DNA of 62,293 nucleotides, filler included, from Chiloscyllium plagiosum (lineage: Eukaryota), in the NCBI RefSeq assembly GCF_004010195.1. It is 3 parts of one record of this genome, joined end to end, with 100 filler letters (N's around TTAATTAATTAA, not from the genome) between each part and the next. Parts side by side here need not be neighbours in the genome. Positions count along the whole stretch, not along the records: positions 48,326 to 62,293 come from NC_057715.1; 2 more parts are not named here. One strand, 5' to 3'. Of this stretch, positions 51,780 through 62,293 are shown piece by piece. The position numbers and the translations under genes are program-made. The notes below the pieces were generated by a model that saw only the letters and a list, made by a program, of their open reading frames with translations, did no database searches and had not been told where the DNA came from. Every line of letters starts with the position of its first letter. Within the stretch, counting starts at the first letter, position 1.

Positions 51780-54700
51780 TCAGCAGGAGGGAGGAGTGGG
51801 GTCAATGTTATTTTTCAAATTTTAAGGGAAATTGTATATGTACAGTTGGCTAAAGTGAATTGGCTCATCAGATTTTTATTAAAAATGATGCGTCAATGGA
51901 GAAGCAGGGGCAGATATTTAGAGGGATATTTGAAAATACGCCGTATAATTAGGTTCTGCAAGTTAAAATTCTGAAGGATAGACCCACCATCCATGGTTAA
52001 CAAGAAAGGATTAAGACAGTAACAAGCTTAAAGAAATATAACATTGCCATGAGAGGTAGAAGGTCAGAAGATTGTATTGAATGTTTAAAGAAAGAGAAGA
52101 ATGACAAAAAATAATAGTGAGGGAAAATCTGGAGTTACAGAAAGCTGAACAAAAATATAAAAGCAGCTAGTTAGAGTTTCTATAAACATTTAAGGAAGGA
52201 AAGAGTTAACAAAGTGAGTGTTGGCTCCACAGAAACTGGAGCATTAACAATGGAAAATAAAGAGATGCCAGATGAATGAGTATTTTGCAACATAATTCAA
52301 TGTAGAGGACACAAATAACATCGAGAAGCACTTACAAGTTAGGAAATAGAAGTGAGGGAGGAACACAGGAAAATTACTATCCCCAGAGAGGTGGTCCTAA
52401 GGAAATTATTGGAGTTATGACTGTCTAGTGCTTAGAGCTTAAAGGACATCATCCTAAGGTCTCAAAAGAAGTGGCAAATGAAATGCATTGGGTTTAATTG
52501 TCCACATTCAGGGGAGATTCTAGTAGATGTAGAAATTGAAAATGTAACTCCTTTATCTAAAATGGAGGGTTAAAAATCACACAACACTAGGTTATAGTCC
52601 AATAGGTTTATTTGCAAGGACGAGCTTTCAGAGTGCTGCTCCTTCGTCAAATAAACCTGCTGGACTATATCCTGGTGTCGTGTGACTTTTATGTTTGTCC
52701 ACCCCAGTCCAACATTGGCACCTCCACATCATTAAATGGGAGGGAGAAAGTAAGCAGGAAACTATGGGACATTTAGCTTAACATCTGTCTTCGGGAAAAT
52801 TTTAGAAAATATTAGTAAAGAAGCAATGGCAGGGTAAATGGAAAGTTCAAGGTAAGCAGGCAGAGTCAACAGGGTTTTGTGAAAGGGACTTCAGGCTTGA
52901 CTTACCTTTCAGAGTTCTTTGAGGAAGAAACTTGTGTGACAGATAAAGAGAAATCAGTGGAAGCACTATACTTAGATTTGCAGAAGGCCTTTTATAAAAT
53001 ACCACATCAAAGGTTATTGCAGAAAGTCAAAGTTCAGGAAGTGGGTACCAGTACATTACAAAAAGCTGAGATTAAGGTTAAATGTGTTTTTTTTATGGTT
53101 GTTAAGCTGTACTGATTTGTGTGCCACAGGGACTAGTGCTGGGACATCACCTTTTTGTAACTTATTTAAATGACTTGGATGAAGGAACAGAATTTTTGCC
53201 AAATATGCTGAGGACACAAAAATAGATACGAAAGTAAGTTTGTAGATGGGATGAGGAGGTTACAAAATAATATAGACCAGTTATGTATGTGGGAAAAGAC
53301 ATGGCAAATGCAGTACAATGTGAGAAAATGTGAATTTGTCCATTTTATCAGGAAGAATACCAAAGAAGCACATAATTTAAATGATGAGAGATTGCAGATC
53401 TCTGAGATTCTGAGGGATCCGGATGTCTTAGTGCATGGATCAAAACAGCTAGAATGCAGATACAACAAGTAATCAATAAAGCTGATGAATGTTATCATTT
53501 ATTGTGAGGAAATTGAGTACAACAGTAGAGAGATTATGAACACAACAAAATGGAAAATGTTGGAAAAGCTCAGCAAGTCTGGCAGCAAATTTGGAGAGAA
53601 ATCAGAGTTAATGTTTCAGGTCCAGTGACCCTTCCTCAGAACTTTGTTTTTTGATTTCCAGCATCCGCAATTCTTCCAGGATTTATTTAGTAAGGAGATT
53701 ATGCTTCAGTTCTACAGTGCAATGGCAAGACTGCATCTGTCGTACAGTTTACAGCATTACAAAGAACAGCACAGCACAGGAAAAGGCTGTTTGCCCCACC
53801 AGGTCTGCGCCAACACATGACACGTGTCTAAACTAAAAACTTTTTGTCTTCATGCAGTTTGTATCCCTCTGTTCCCTGCCTATTCATGTATACATCAAGA
53901 TGCCTCTTAAACATTGTTGCTATAACTGCTTCTATCAACCCCTCTGGCAGTGCATTCCAGGCACTTACCACCCTCTGTGTAAGAACCGTGCCTCTCATAT
54001 CTCTTAAACTTTCTCCCTTTTACTTTACATCTACACCACGAGTAACTTACATTCCCACTCTGGGAAAAAGACTCCGACTATCCATTCTATCCGTGCCTCT
54101 CATAGTTCTGTAAACCTCTGTTTAGTCACCCCTCAGCTTTCAAAGTTCAAGTGCAAACAAACTAAGTTTGTCCAATCTCTATGGCTAATGCCCTCCAAAT
54201 CAGGAACATCTCTCTAAACCTTTTATTGTGCCCTTCTCGGAGCCTCCACGACCTTCTGGTAGTGTGGTGACCAGAACTGTAAACAACATTCCAAATGTGG
54301 CCTAATTAAAGTTCTATATAACCACAACATGAGTTGCTAATTTTTACACTCTATGCACTGATCAATGAAGGCAAGCGTGCCATACGTTTTCTTTTTTACC
54401 TTATCCACTTGAGTTGCCACTGTCAGGGAACTGTGGACCTGTATGCCTGGATCCTTCTGTGTGCTAATGCTTTTGAGGGTTATGTCATTCACTTTTACTC
54501 CTCTCCCTCACCACTTTGCATTTGACCATTTTAAGTTATATCTGCCATTTTTCTGCCAAGTATCCAGCACTACACATATCCTGCTACATCCTCTGGTAAT
54601 TCTTCTCAATACTCACAGCTCCCCCAATCTTTCTAACTTCCATAAGCTTATTAATCAGACCACTAGATTCTCCTTCAAATCATTTTTATATATCACAAAC

Positions 54701-55410
54701 AATATAAATCCCAGCACTGATCTCTGTGGAACATCACTGGTCACAGATCGCAAGTCAGAAATATCCCCTCCCACTGCTACTCACTGTTTTCTATGAAAGA
54801 GCCAGTTCTGTATCCATTTTACCAGTTCAACGCGGATCCCCTGTGATGTCACCTTTTATATCAGCCTGCCATGAGGGACCTTGTCAAAGGCCTTGCTGAA
54901 GTCCATGTAGGCAACATCCATTGCCCTGCCCTCATCAATGCTCTTGTCAATTAAGGAAGGATGTAATGTACGGGAGGTAGTTCAAACAAAGTTCCCAAGA
55001 CCAATATCTGGAATGAGTGGGTTGTCTGACGAGGAAAGTTGGTTGTATTTGTTCGAGTAAGAGGTAACTTAATTGAAACATATAAGACTGAGGCATCTTG
55101 ACAGAACAGATATGGAGAGAATGTTTCTTCTTAGGAGAGAATCAAGAACTAGCACTAACCTGCTTACAAATAAGGAGTCACTGATTTAAAATGGAGATGA
55201 GGCAAAGTATTCTCATTTAAGATTGAGCCTTTGGAGCACTCTTCCTGAAATATCAGTGGAAGCAGAAGCTTTCAATATTTTGAAGTCCAAGGTAGATAGA
55301 CTCTTGTTAAGGGTGAAAAATGAAAGTGAATGTGAATTTGAGGGTTACAATCAGATCAGCTCTGGTCTTACGTAGCAAGGTCAAGGGGTTGAATGGCCTT
55401 TTTCTGTTTC
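51780..55410 (+). mobile_element. Long old CR1 ORF2 relic, interrupted by PLE repeats and an inverted CR1
   Basis: LYLDLQKAFYKIPHQRLL, WQMQYNVRKCEFVHF; continues at ~53690-53750 and ~54950-55410. Confidence 0.75.
53760..54950 (-). mobile_element. Nested CR1 LINE (RT to 3' end)
   Basis: Minus strand gacttcagcaaggcctttgacaaggtccctcat (DFSKAFDKVPH) at ~54870-54905. Confidence 0.85.
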
Positions 55411-55804
55411 TTAAACCATAAGGCTTCAGAGCAGATATAGGCCCTTTGTTTGTGTGCTTACATGTTGCAATTAGCCTTGATGTTCTTACCTTCTGAATAA
55501 TGGGAGAGTGTCAGTAAACTGACACAGGATGCTCCTGCCCCAGATCCAAAGACTGTAATCCGCATCGAATCTCCTCCAAAAGCTCCGATATTTTCACTGA
55601 TCCACCTTAATGCCTGAATTTGGTCCAGCAATCCATAATTGCCTTTGGCAGCTTGGTCACCTGTGCTTAGAAAGCCTGCAAAGGGGGAAAAAAGAACATA
55701 CGCAGTGTGAGGTACCAGGGAGTGACCACAAACACATTAGCATGTGACAGTACATGTATATCGCCATCCCTTCAGTGTTGTCAGGTCAAAGTCCTGGAAC
55801 TTCC

Positions 55805-56545
55805 TCCCTCCCCACGGTGGCATTGACATTTCGACCCTGGGAAAAAGGCTTTGACTATCCATTCTATTCAGACCTCCCAATTTTGTAAACCTCTATCAGG
55901 TTGCCCCGTCAGCCTCCAAGGTTCAAGTGAAAACAAATCAAGTTTATCCAATCTGTCCTCATAGCTAATACCCTGTAAAATCAGGCAACATCCTGGTAAG
56001 CCATTTCTGTATCCTCTTCGAAGCATCCATATCCTCTGGTAGAGTGGCGACCAGAACTGTACAAATGTGGCCTAACTAAAGTTCTATACAACTGCAACAT
56101 GACTTGCTAATTTTTATACTCTATATCGTGACCGATGAAAGGAAGCACGACATGAGCCATCTTGACCATCTTATCCACTTGTGTTGACAATTTCAGGGAA
56201 CTGTGGACTTGTACACTTGTAGTGGACTTGTAGATCTCACTGTATGTTAATGCTACTAAGGGTCTGCCATTTTCTGCATATTCCCCTCCTGGATTAGACC
56301 TTCCAAAATGCATCACTTTACATCTGAGTGGATTAAATTCCATCTGTCATGTCTCTATCCAAATCTCCAACCTGTATCTAGCCTGCTGTATCCTCTGGCA
56401 ATCCTCTTCACTATCTGCAGCTCCCCAGTCATTGTCCCTTCTGCAAGCTTACTAATCAGATCACCTAATTCTCCTCCAAACCATTTATATATGTTACAAA
56501 CAGCAGGGGTCCCTGCACTGATCCCTGTAGAACATCACTGCTGTC
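55805..56545 (-). mobile_element. CR1 fragment
   Basis: MEFNPLRCKVMHFGRSN, VQVHSSLK. Confidence 0.85.
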
Positions 56546-56582
56546 AGCACGGTGCGGCATGTGGACTGCAATGGTTCAACTT

Positions 56583-56675
56583 CGAGAGTGTGGTGCTAGA
56601 AAAGCACAGCAGGTTAGGCAGCATTCGAGGAGCAGGGTAATCGACGTTTCAGGCAAAAGCCCTTCATCAGGAATC
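56583..56675 (-). mobile_element. Family-A PLE-repeat element; hammerhead core 56643-56670
   Basis: Minus strand CTGATGA-agggcttttgcct-GAAA-cg-TC. Confidence 0.75.
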
Positions 56676-57229
56676 TTAGTCAAGGGCAACTCAGGATGGT
56701 AATAAATGTTGGCTCAGCCAGTGACACCCACATCCCATGAATGAATTTTTTTTAAAATGACTTGAGCGTAAATTTGATGTGAGGGTCACCACACCTAAGA
56801 TTAAGGTGGCAAGGACTTCATTGTGTCCTTAGCCAGTGCCAGAACTGAACCTGCACAATTGGTCAGCTATCCAGCAACTAAACTAAATAGCATGCGCAGG
56901 TTCTAGTGCCATTAGAGCGGCTGGTGGAAGTTCAATTCAACTAATTAGAATCTGAAGTCGAGATGATTGTGAAACTATTATCAATTATCGTAAAAATCCA
57001 TCTAGTTCACTCATGTTCTTTAGGGATGAAAATCTGTCTTCTTTCCCTGGCCTGGCCTAAACGTGACTCCAGACCCACAGCAACGTGGTTGACTTTTACC
57101 AACCCTCTGAAATGGCCGAGCAAGTCACTCACTTCACAAGCAATTAAAGATGGGTGACAAATGCTGGTCTTATCAAGGATGCCCACATCCTGTTAAATAT
57201 GGAAATTAAAATAAGTAATAAAATGTACT

Positions 57230-58530
57230 GGCCTACTTTAAGGCATTTAAACTCAATTTCTAAGTTGAAACAAAGGTTTTCTTTATAAATTGAAGTTCTG
57301 TCTCTATCTAAATTGCCATCACTTGAGAGATTTCATTTTTAGATAACCAATTAAATACTTTACCTATATCAGACTTTAAACAAAAAAAGTCAATCAACCC
57401 AGATTTCTTAATAAACATGATTATGAGTTCATTATAAAAACAAAATACATTCAATTAAGATGTAATAATTGGTTAACACAGGCAGTAACATAGAAATATA
57501 GCTGCTTATCACTAAAAATAGCCCAAAAGGCACATTCTTCAGGAACAGATGTAATAAAATTAGGTTTCTCTGCAGGGATTAGCTTTTTGAAAGAAATACA
57601 CTTTATCAAATAGGTGAAAGCATAAAGCATAGAATGTTCTGGAATATGTTGCTCAAAAGTTCTGGCACATTTAGTTAAGTCACAAATCATGCAGAGTACT
57701 CTCTGAAGTCTTGTGGGCACAGCCTGCTCAGGGATTACAATCTTGCGATATTCTTTCAAAAGAACAATTAGTTTCATCCTGAACTGAAACTTGGTGAGAT
57801 CAGCTGGGCAACTTGATCATCGCAGGCTTCCCTCCAATTTAACTGGCTCTTAGCAGGCTTTCTTCCAAGTGAATCAAATAAAACATTCTCCAAGTCAAAA
57901 AAAAATCGCTGACAGTCATCTACAGAGAAACAAGCAATTACTACAGTCATGTGATTTTTGGAAGCTCTGTTAAAATGTTCATTGTGAACTTTCAATGACC
58001 TATTTTTGAAAGCCACGCAAAGTCTCTCCACTACCTTGAAACAAATTCCTTTTTCCGCAATCCTTCAAAACTCAAGTAATTCAAATAACTGTCTGTGTGG
58101 AGTTTGCACATTCCCCCCGTGTCTGCGTAGGCTTCCTCCGGGTGCTCCGGTTTCCTCCCACCCTCCTCTAGTTTATCTCTCCATGCTTCAGGCTCTCTGC
58201 CTTTATTCCTGATGAAGGGCTTTTGCCCGAAACGTCAATTTCACTGCTCCTTGGATGCTGCCTGAACTGCTGTGCTCTTCCAGCACCACTAATCCAGAAT
58301 CTGGTTTCCAGCATCTGCAGTCATTGCTTTTACCCCAAAGACGTGCAGGTTAAGTGAATTGGCCATGCTAAATTGCCCGTAGAGTTAGGTGCAGGGGTAA
58401 ATGTAGGGGAATGGGCCTGGGGGGGTTGCTCTTTGGAGGGTCGGTGTGGGCTTGTTGGGCCGAAGGGCCTGTTTCCACACTGTAGGGAATCTAATCTAAT
58501 CTAATTTTAAATACAAAGCATCTTTGTAAT
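57230..58530 (-). mobile_element. Probable 3' LTR/UTR of the adjacent Gypsy relic (interrupted by a SINE)
   Basis: Unique AT-rich stretch directly downstream of the RNase H end on the minus strand; boundaries uncertain. Confidence 0.35.
58086..58505 (+). mobile_element. HE1-like SINE interrupted by a PLE repeat (~58160-58335; hammerhead core 58209-58236)
   Basis: SINE core, then CTGATGA-agggcttttgccc-GAAA-cg-TC, then SINE tail (aatct)n. Confidence 0.85.
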
Positions 58531-59324
58531 CTTCACGCTTGGAAGAATGAAACATTGTTTTTCAACGTATTTCAATGTAAAGTACGAACAAAACGAAACA
58601 TTAAAAGAATTAAGACATCCTCACTCTGAACTTCACTTTTTCTTTACATATAACACAACTACCTCTGATATCCTCTCATATAATTCGAATACGTATATAT
58701 TCTGGACAAAGCATTGGTTATTACATTATTCACACTAGGGGGCAAACAGTTTTGAAAAAGTGTGATTGAAATAGTAAACCCCAATGAAATAGTCTGTCCT
58801 TTTAGATTTTAAGTTTTTCCACAAAGATTATGACATTATGATCAGTATATAACAATGTCTTTTCGTGGATATGACCGACATACACTTCAAAATAGTTAAG
58901 AGCCAGTAATCCATAGTAATCCTCGGCTTTTTTCTCACTATAGAGTATCTCGTTTGGTATTGATTTAGTTTTCTGGGAAAGTTTGATCTATTGGTTTTTC
59001 TAAGCCCGAACAATCTTGTAACAGAATTATACCCATTCCACAAATCACTGGCATCAATGGTAATCTTGATCTCCATTTGGTAAGTAATCAGGCATTGCTA
59101 TCCCGATCAATACAGTCTTCCAAGTGTGGAGTCTGCCTTTATTTTTGCAATGATATTTCTGAAGCCCATTCAGAATCAATTTGAACAATTAGGCTTAGGT
59201 AGTAACATGACTGGCAAACTCCAAGTGTTCTGACTGGGTACAACTAGACACTTTTCCACCATTTCTTGATATCTGCTTTCACCTGGGTCTGTTTCACTGA
59301 ACATGAGAGATAAGGGTATTGTTT

Positions 59325-59658
59325 ATCATGGAATCCCTACAGTGTGGAAGCAGGCCATTCAGCCCATCAGGTCCACACAAACCCTCTGAACAGCATCCCA
59401 CCCAAACCCACCCTCCTATCCTCTCCCTGTAACCCTGCATTTACCATGTTTAACCCACCTAGCCTGCACATCCCTGGGCAATTTACCACAGTCAATCCCC
59501 CTAACCCAAATTGTGGGAAGAAACTGGACCACCCGGGGAAAACTCACGCGGCCATGGGGAGAATGTGCAAACTGTACACAGACAGTCACCCAAGGGTGGA
59601 ATACAACCCAGGTCTCTGACACTGTGAGATAGCAGTACTAACCACTAAGCCACCATGC
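59325..59658 (-). mobile_element. HE1-like SINE inserted in the Gypsy relic
   Basis: Splits the ...SSIK/KQYPY motif. Confidence 0.88.
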
Positions 59659-60182
59659 TTTATAGAGGAGGCATCTTCAATATCTACATCGTGGATAAAG
59701 TTAAAAATCACACAACATCAGGTTATAGACCAACAGGCTTATTTGGAAGCATCATATATCATGTATGGCTCGGGTTTATTCCAACAGACTCATGTAAATT
59801 CAGTGAATAACCTTGATAGGTCTTTTCATTCATCATTCTCTAAATATAACAGCATGGTGTCTAATATCCTTCACAGTTCAGTGTTGGCTAACCGGACAGT
59901 ACATGACTTGATTTGTGAATTATCTAATCTTCCTTGTCTAATCATTCTCTCTCTCACTTTCATTCTCTATTTTATCATAGATCTGTACTCTTGATGGTGA
60001 GAATGTTTCAACATATTGATGCAACACAGCCAATTCTTTATCCTGTGATCTGAGATGTCACTCAGATCACTTATTTTGTTAATCTTTTTGACTGTCCTTG
60101 GTGGACCACTGCAACTTTTTTTTAATGGTTCAGTTCATAAAGGTGGGGGCACTAATCTTATCCCTGGATTAAAATGACCATG

Positions 60183-60499
60183 GTTGAAAAATGTGTTGCT
60201 GGAAAAACACAGCAGGCCAGGCAGCATCCGAGGAGCAGGAGAATCGACGTTTCGGGCATAAGCCCTTCTTCAGGAATGCTGGTACTCCAGCATCTGCAGT
60301 CCTCACTTTCTCCTAGTACCTCATTCCTAGGAGAAAGTGAGGACTGCAGATGCTGGAGTACCAGCATTCCTGAAGAAGGGCTTATGCCCGAAACGTCGAT
60401 TCTCCTGCTCCTCGGATGCTGCCTGGCCTGCTGTGTTTTTCCAGCACCGCATTTTTCAATTCTGGTACTCCAGCATCTGCAGTCCTCACCATCTCCTAG
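60183..60499. mobile_element. Complex fold-back family-A PLE-repeat insertion; hammerhead cores 60246-60273 (minus) and 60370-60397 (plus)
   Basis: Near-perfect inverted arms; TSD ttaaaatgaccatg (60169-60182) and ttaaaatgatcatg (60500-60513). Confidence 0.85.
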
Positions 60500-60894
60500 T
60501 TAAAATGATCATGATTTAGTATGCTTGCCCCCATTGCTTATGATGCTCCATGGAGTTCTTGAGCTACTTTGTAGACTCCTGTAAGTTGTTCCCAGATGCA
60601 GGTACATGGTCCAACGTGGTCAACTTATTCTTCTGTCCTAAGTTCCAGCCTTTCCTTTTCAAAATATCTTCATCCAAAGAGTAGGAAGATTTTGGAATTC
60701 TCTATTTGAGGCCCAGAAATTGAATGTTTTCAAGGAGTTTGACATCATTCTTAGGGGTAGAGGCATCAAAGGGAATGGGGAGTTAACTGAAACAGGATAC
60801 AGAATCTAGATTAGAGTGGTGCTGGAAAAGCACAGCAGGTCAGGCAGCATCCGAGGAGCAGGAAAATTGACGTTTCGGGCTGATGAAGGGGTTT

Positions 60895-62022
60895 TGGGAT
60901 TCGGGAGGCAGAGGGGGTTATTGACAGGACTGACAGAGAGGTAGTCACTCCCCGGATAAAAGAAAAAGACAGATGGGTGATAGTTGGGGGACAGAAAGGG
61001 AACCGGCAGGCAGTACAGGGACCCCCTGTGGCCATTCCCCTCAACAATAAATATACTGTTTTGGATACAATTGGGCGGGATGACATGCCAGGGGAAAGCA
61101 GTGAGGCACCTGCTGCTCAGAAGGGAAGGGGGAAGAGGAGCAGAGCAGTAGTCACTGGGGACTCGATAGTTAGGGGGACAGATAGGAGGTTCTGTGGGGA
61201 CGAGAGAGACTCACTGTTGGTGTGTTGCCTCCCGGGTGCCAGGTTCCGTGATGTCGCTGATCGTGTTTTTGGGATCCTCCGAGGGGAGGGAGAGCAGCCC
61301 CAAGTCGTGGTCCACATAGGTACCAACGACATAGGTCGGAAGAGAGATGGGGACTTGAGGCAGAAATTCGGGGAGCTAGGATGGAAGCTTAGAGCTAGGA
61401 CAAACAGAGTTGTTTTCTCTGGTTTGCTGCCCATACCACGTGCTAGTGAGGTGAGGAATAGGGAGAGAAAGGAGTTGAACACGTGGCTCCAGGGATGGTG
61501 CAGGAGGGAGGGTTTCGGGTTTTTGGATAATTGGAGCTCTTTCTGGGGTAGGTGGGACCTCTACAAGCAGGATGGTCTTCATCTAAACCAGAGGGGTACT
61601 AATATCCTGGGTGGGAAATTCACTAAAGCTATAAGGTGGATTTAAACTAATACAGCAGGGGGCTGGGAACCAAAATTGTAGGACAGGTATAGAAGAGGAT
61701 GACAGTAGGGAGTTCCCAAATCAAGTATATGACACAGGCAAGCGAGAACATGGTTTGAAATGTGTGTACTTCAACGCAAGGAGCATCCGAAATAAAGTGG
61801 GTGAACTGGCAGCGTAGGTTGGTACCTGGGACTTCGATGTTGTGGCCATTTCAGAGATATGGATAGAGCTGGGACGGGAATGGCTGTTGCAGGTTCCGGG
61901 ATTCAGATGTTTCAGTAAGAACAGAGAAGATGGTAAAAGAGGGGGAGGTGTGGCATTGTTGATCAGGGACAATATTACAGTTGTAGAAAGGATGTTTGGG
62001 GACTCGTTAACTGAGATAGTAT
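60895..62022 (+). mobile_element. CR1 LINE 5' region: ORF1 esterase plus ORF2 endonuclease start
   Basis: ORF2 start LKCVYFNARSIRNKVGELAA*VGTWDFDVVAISE (in-frame stop); cut by SINE at ~62023. Confidence 0.9.
60977..61645 (+). CDS. CR1 ORF1p C-terminal SGNH/GDSL esterase domain (element-encoded, 5'-truncated)
   Basis: 222-aa open frame with GDSI, PGA, GTND and DGLH blocks. Confidence 0.85.
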   Translation: MIVGGQKGNRQAVQGPPVAIPLNNKYTVLDTIGRDDMPGESSEAPAAQKGRGKRSRAVVTGDSIVRGTDRRFCGDERDSLLVCCLPGARFRDVADRVFGILRGEGEQPQVVVHIGTNDIGRKRDGDLRQKFGELGWKLRARTNRVVFSGLLPIPRASEVRNRERKELNTWLQGWCRREGFGFLDNWSSFWGRWDLYKQDGLHLNQRGTNILGGKFTKAIRWI

Positions 62023-62293
62023 GATTAGATTAGATTAGATTACTTACAGTGTGGAAACAGGCCCTTCAGCCCAACAAGTCCACACCGACCCGCCGAAGCG
62101 CAACCCACCCATACCCCTACATTTACCCCTTTTAACGTAACAGTACGGGCAATTTAGCATGGCCAATTCACCTAACCTGCACATCTTTGTGACTGTGGGA
62201 GGAAACCGAAGCACCCGGAGGAAACCCACGCAGACACGGGGAGAATGTGCAAACTCCACACAGTCGGGAATTGAACCCGGGTCTCTGGCGGTG
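62023..62293 (-). mobile_element. Young HE1-like SINE, truncated by window end
   Basis: (ttaga)n tail, CpG-rich core. Confidence 0.92.

Larger units (their letters stand above)
58695..60690 (-). mobile_element. Decayed Gypsy LTR-retrotransposon pol, order INT(C-term)-RT(N-term)-RNase H (Gmr1-like)
   Basis: Manual minus-strand translation: FNPG...EPLKKSCSGPPRTVKK...CCINMLKH (integrase C-term, ~60000-60168); HDVDIEDASSIK/KQYPY, VPSQNTWSLPVMLLPKPN, LEDCIDR (RT start, 59085-59690); ITIDASD, RKLNQYQTRYS, LALNYFEVYV, YTDHN, NVITNALSR (RNase H, 58695-59075). Confidence 0.85.

Overview
Repeat-dense, apparently gene-free (intronic or intergenic) stretch of a cartilaginous-fish (shark-like) genome, inferred from HE1/V-SINE-type tRNA SINEs and HER1/CR1 LINEs. 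It is a draft assembly with six N-gaps, two of them containing a synthetic TTAATTAATTAA spacer. No host protein-coding gene could be recognised. Content: about 25 CR1 LINE fragments (one with an open ORF1 SGNH-esterase segment), about 18 HE1-like SINEs, several Penelope-like element (PLE) fragments with GIY-YIG endonuclease remnants, and a decayed Gypsy-type LTR retrotransposon with integrase upstream of RT-RNase H (Gmr1-like order). The most notable signal is a swarm of short PLE-terminal-repeat-derived elements carrying a minimal hammerhead-ribozyme core (CTGANGA-stem II-GAAA-NN-TH) in three sequence families. They often occur as inverted pairs, are repeatedly flanked by ~14-bp target-site duplications, and sometimes enclose unrelated DNA. 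Repeat boundaries were read by eye and are approximate unless stated.
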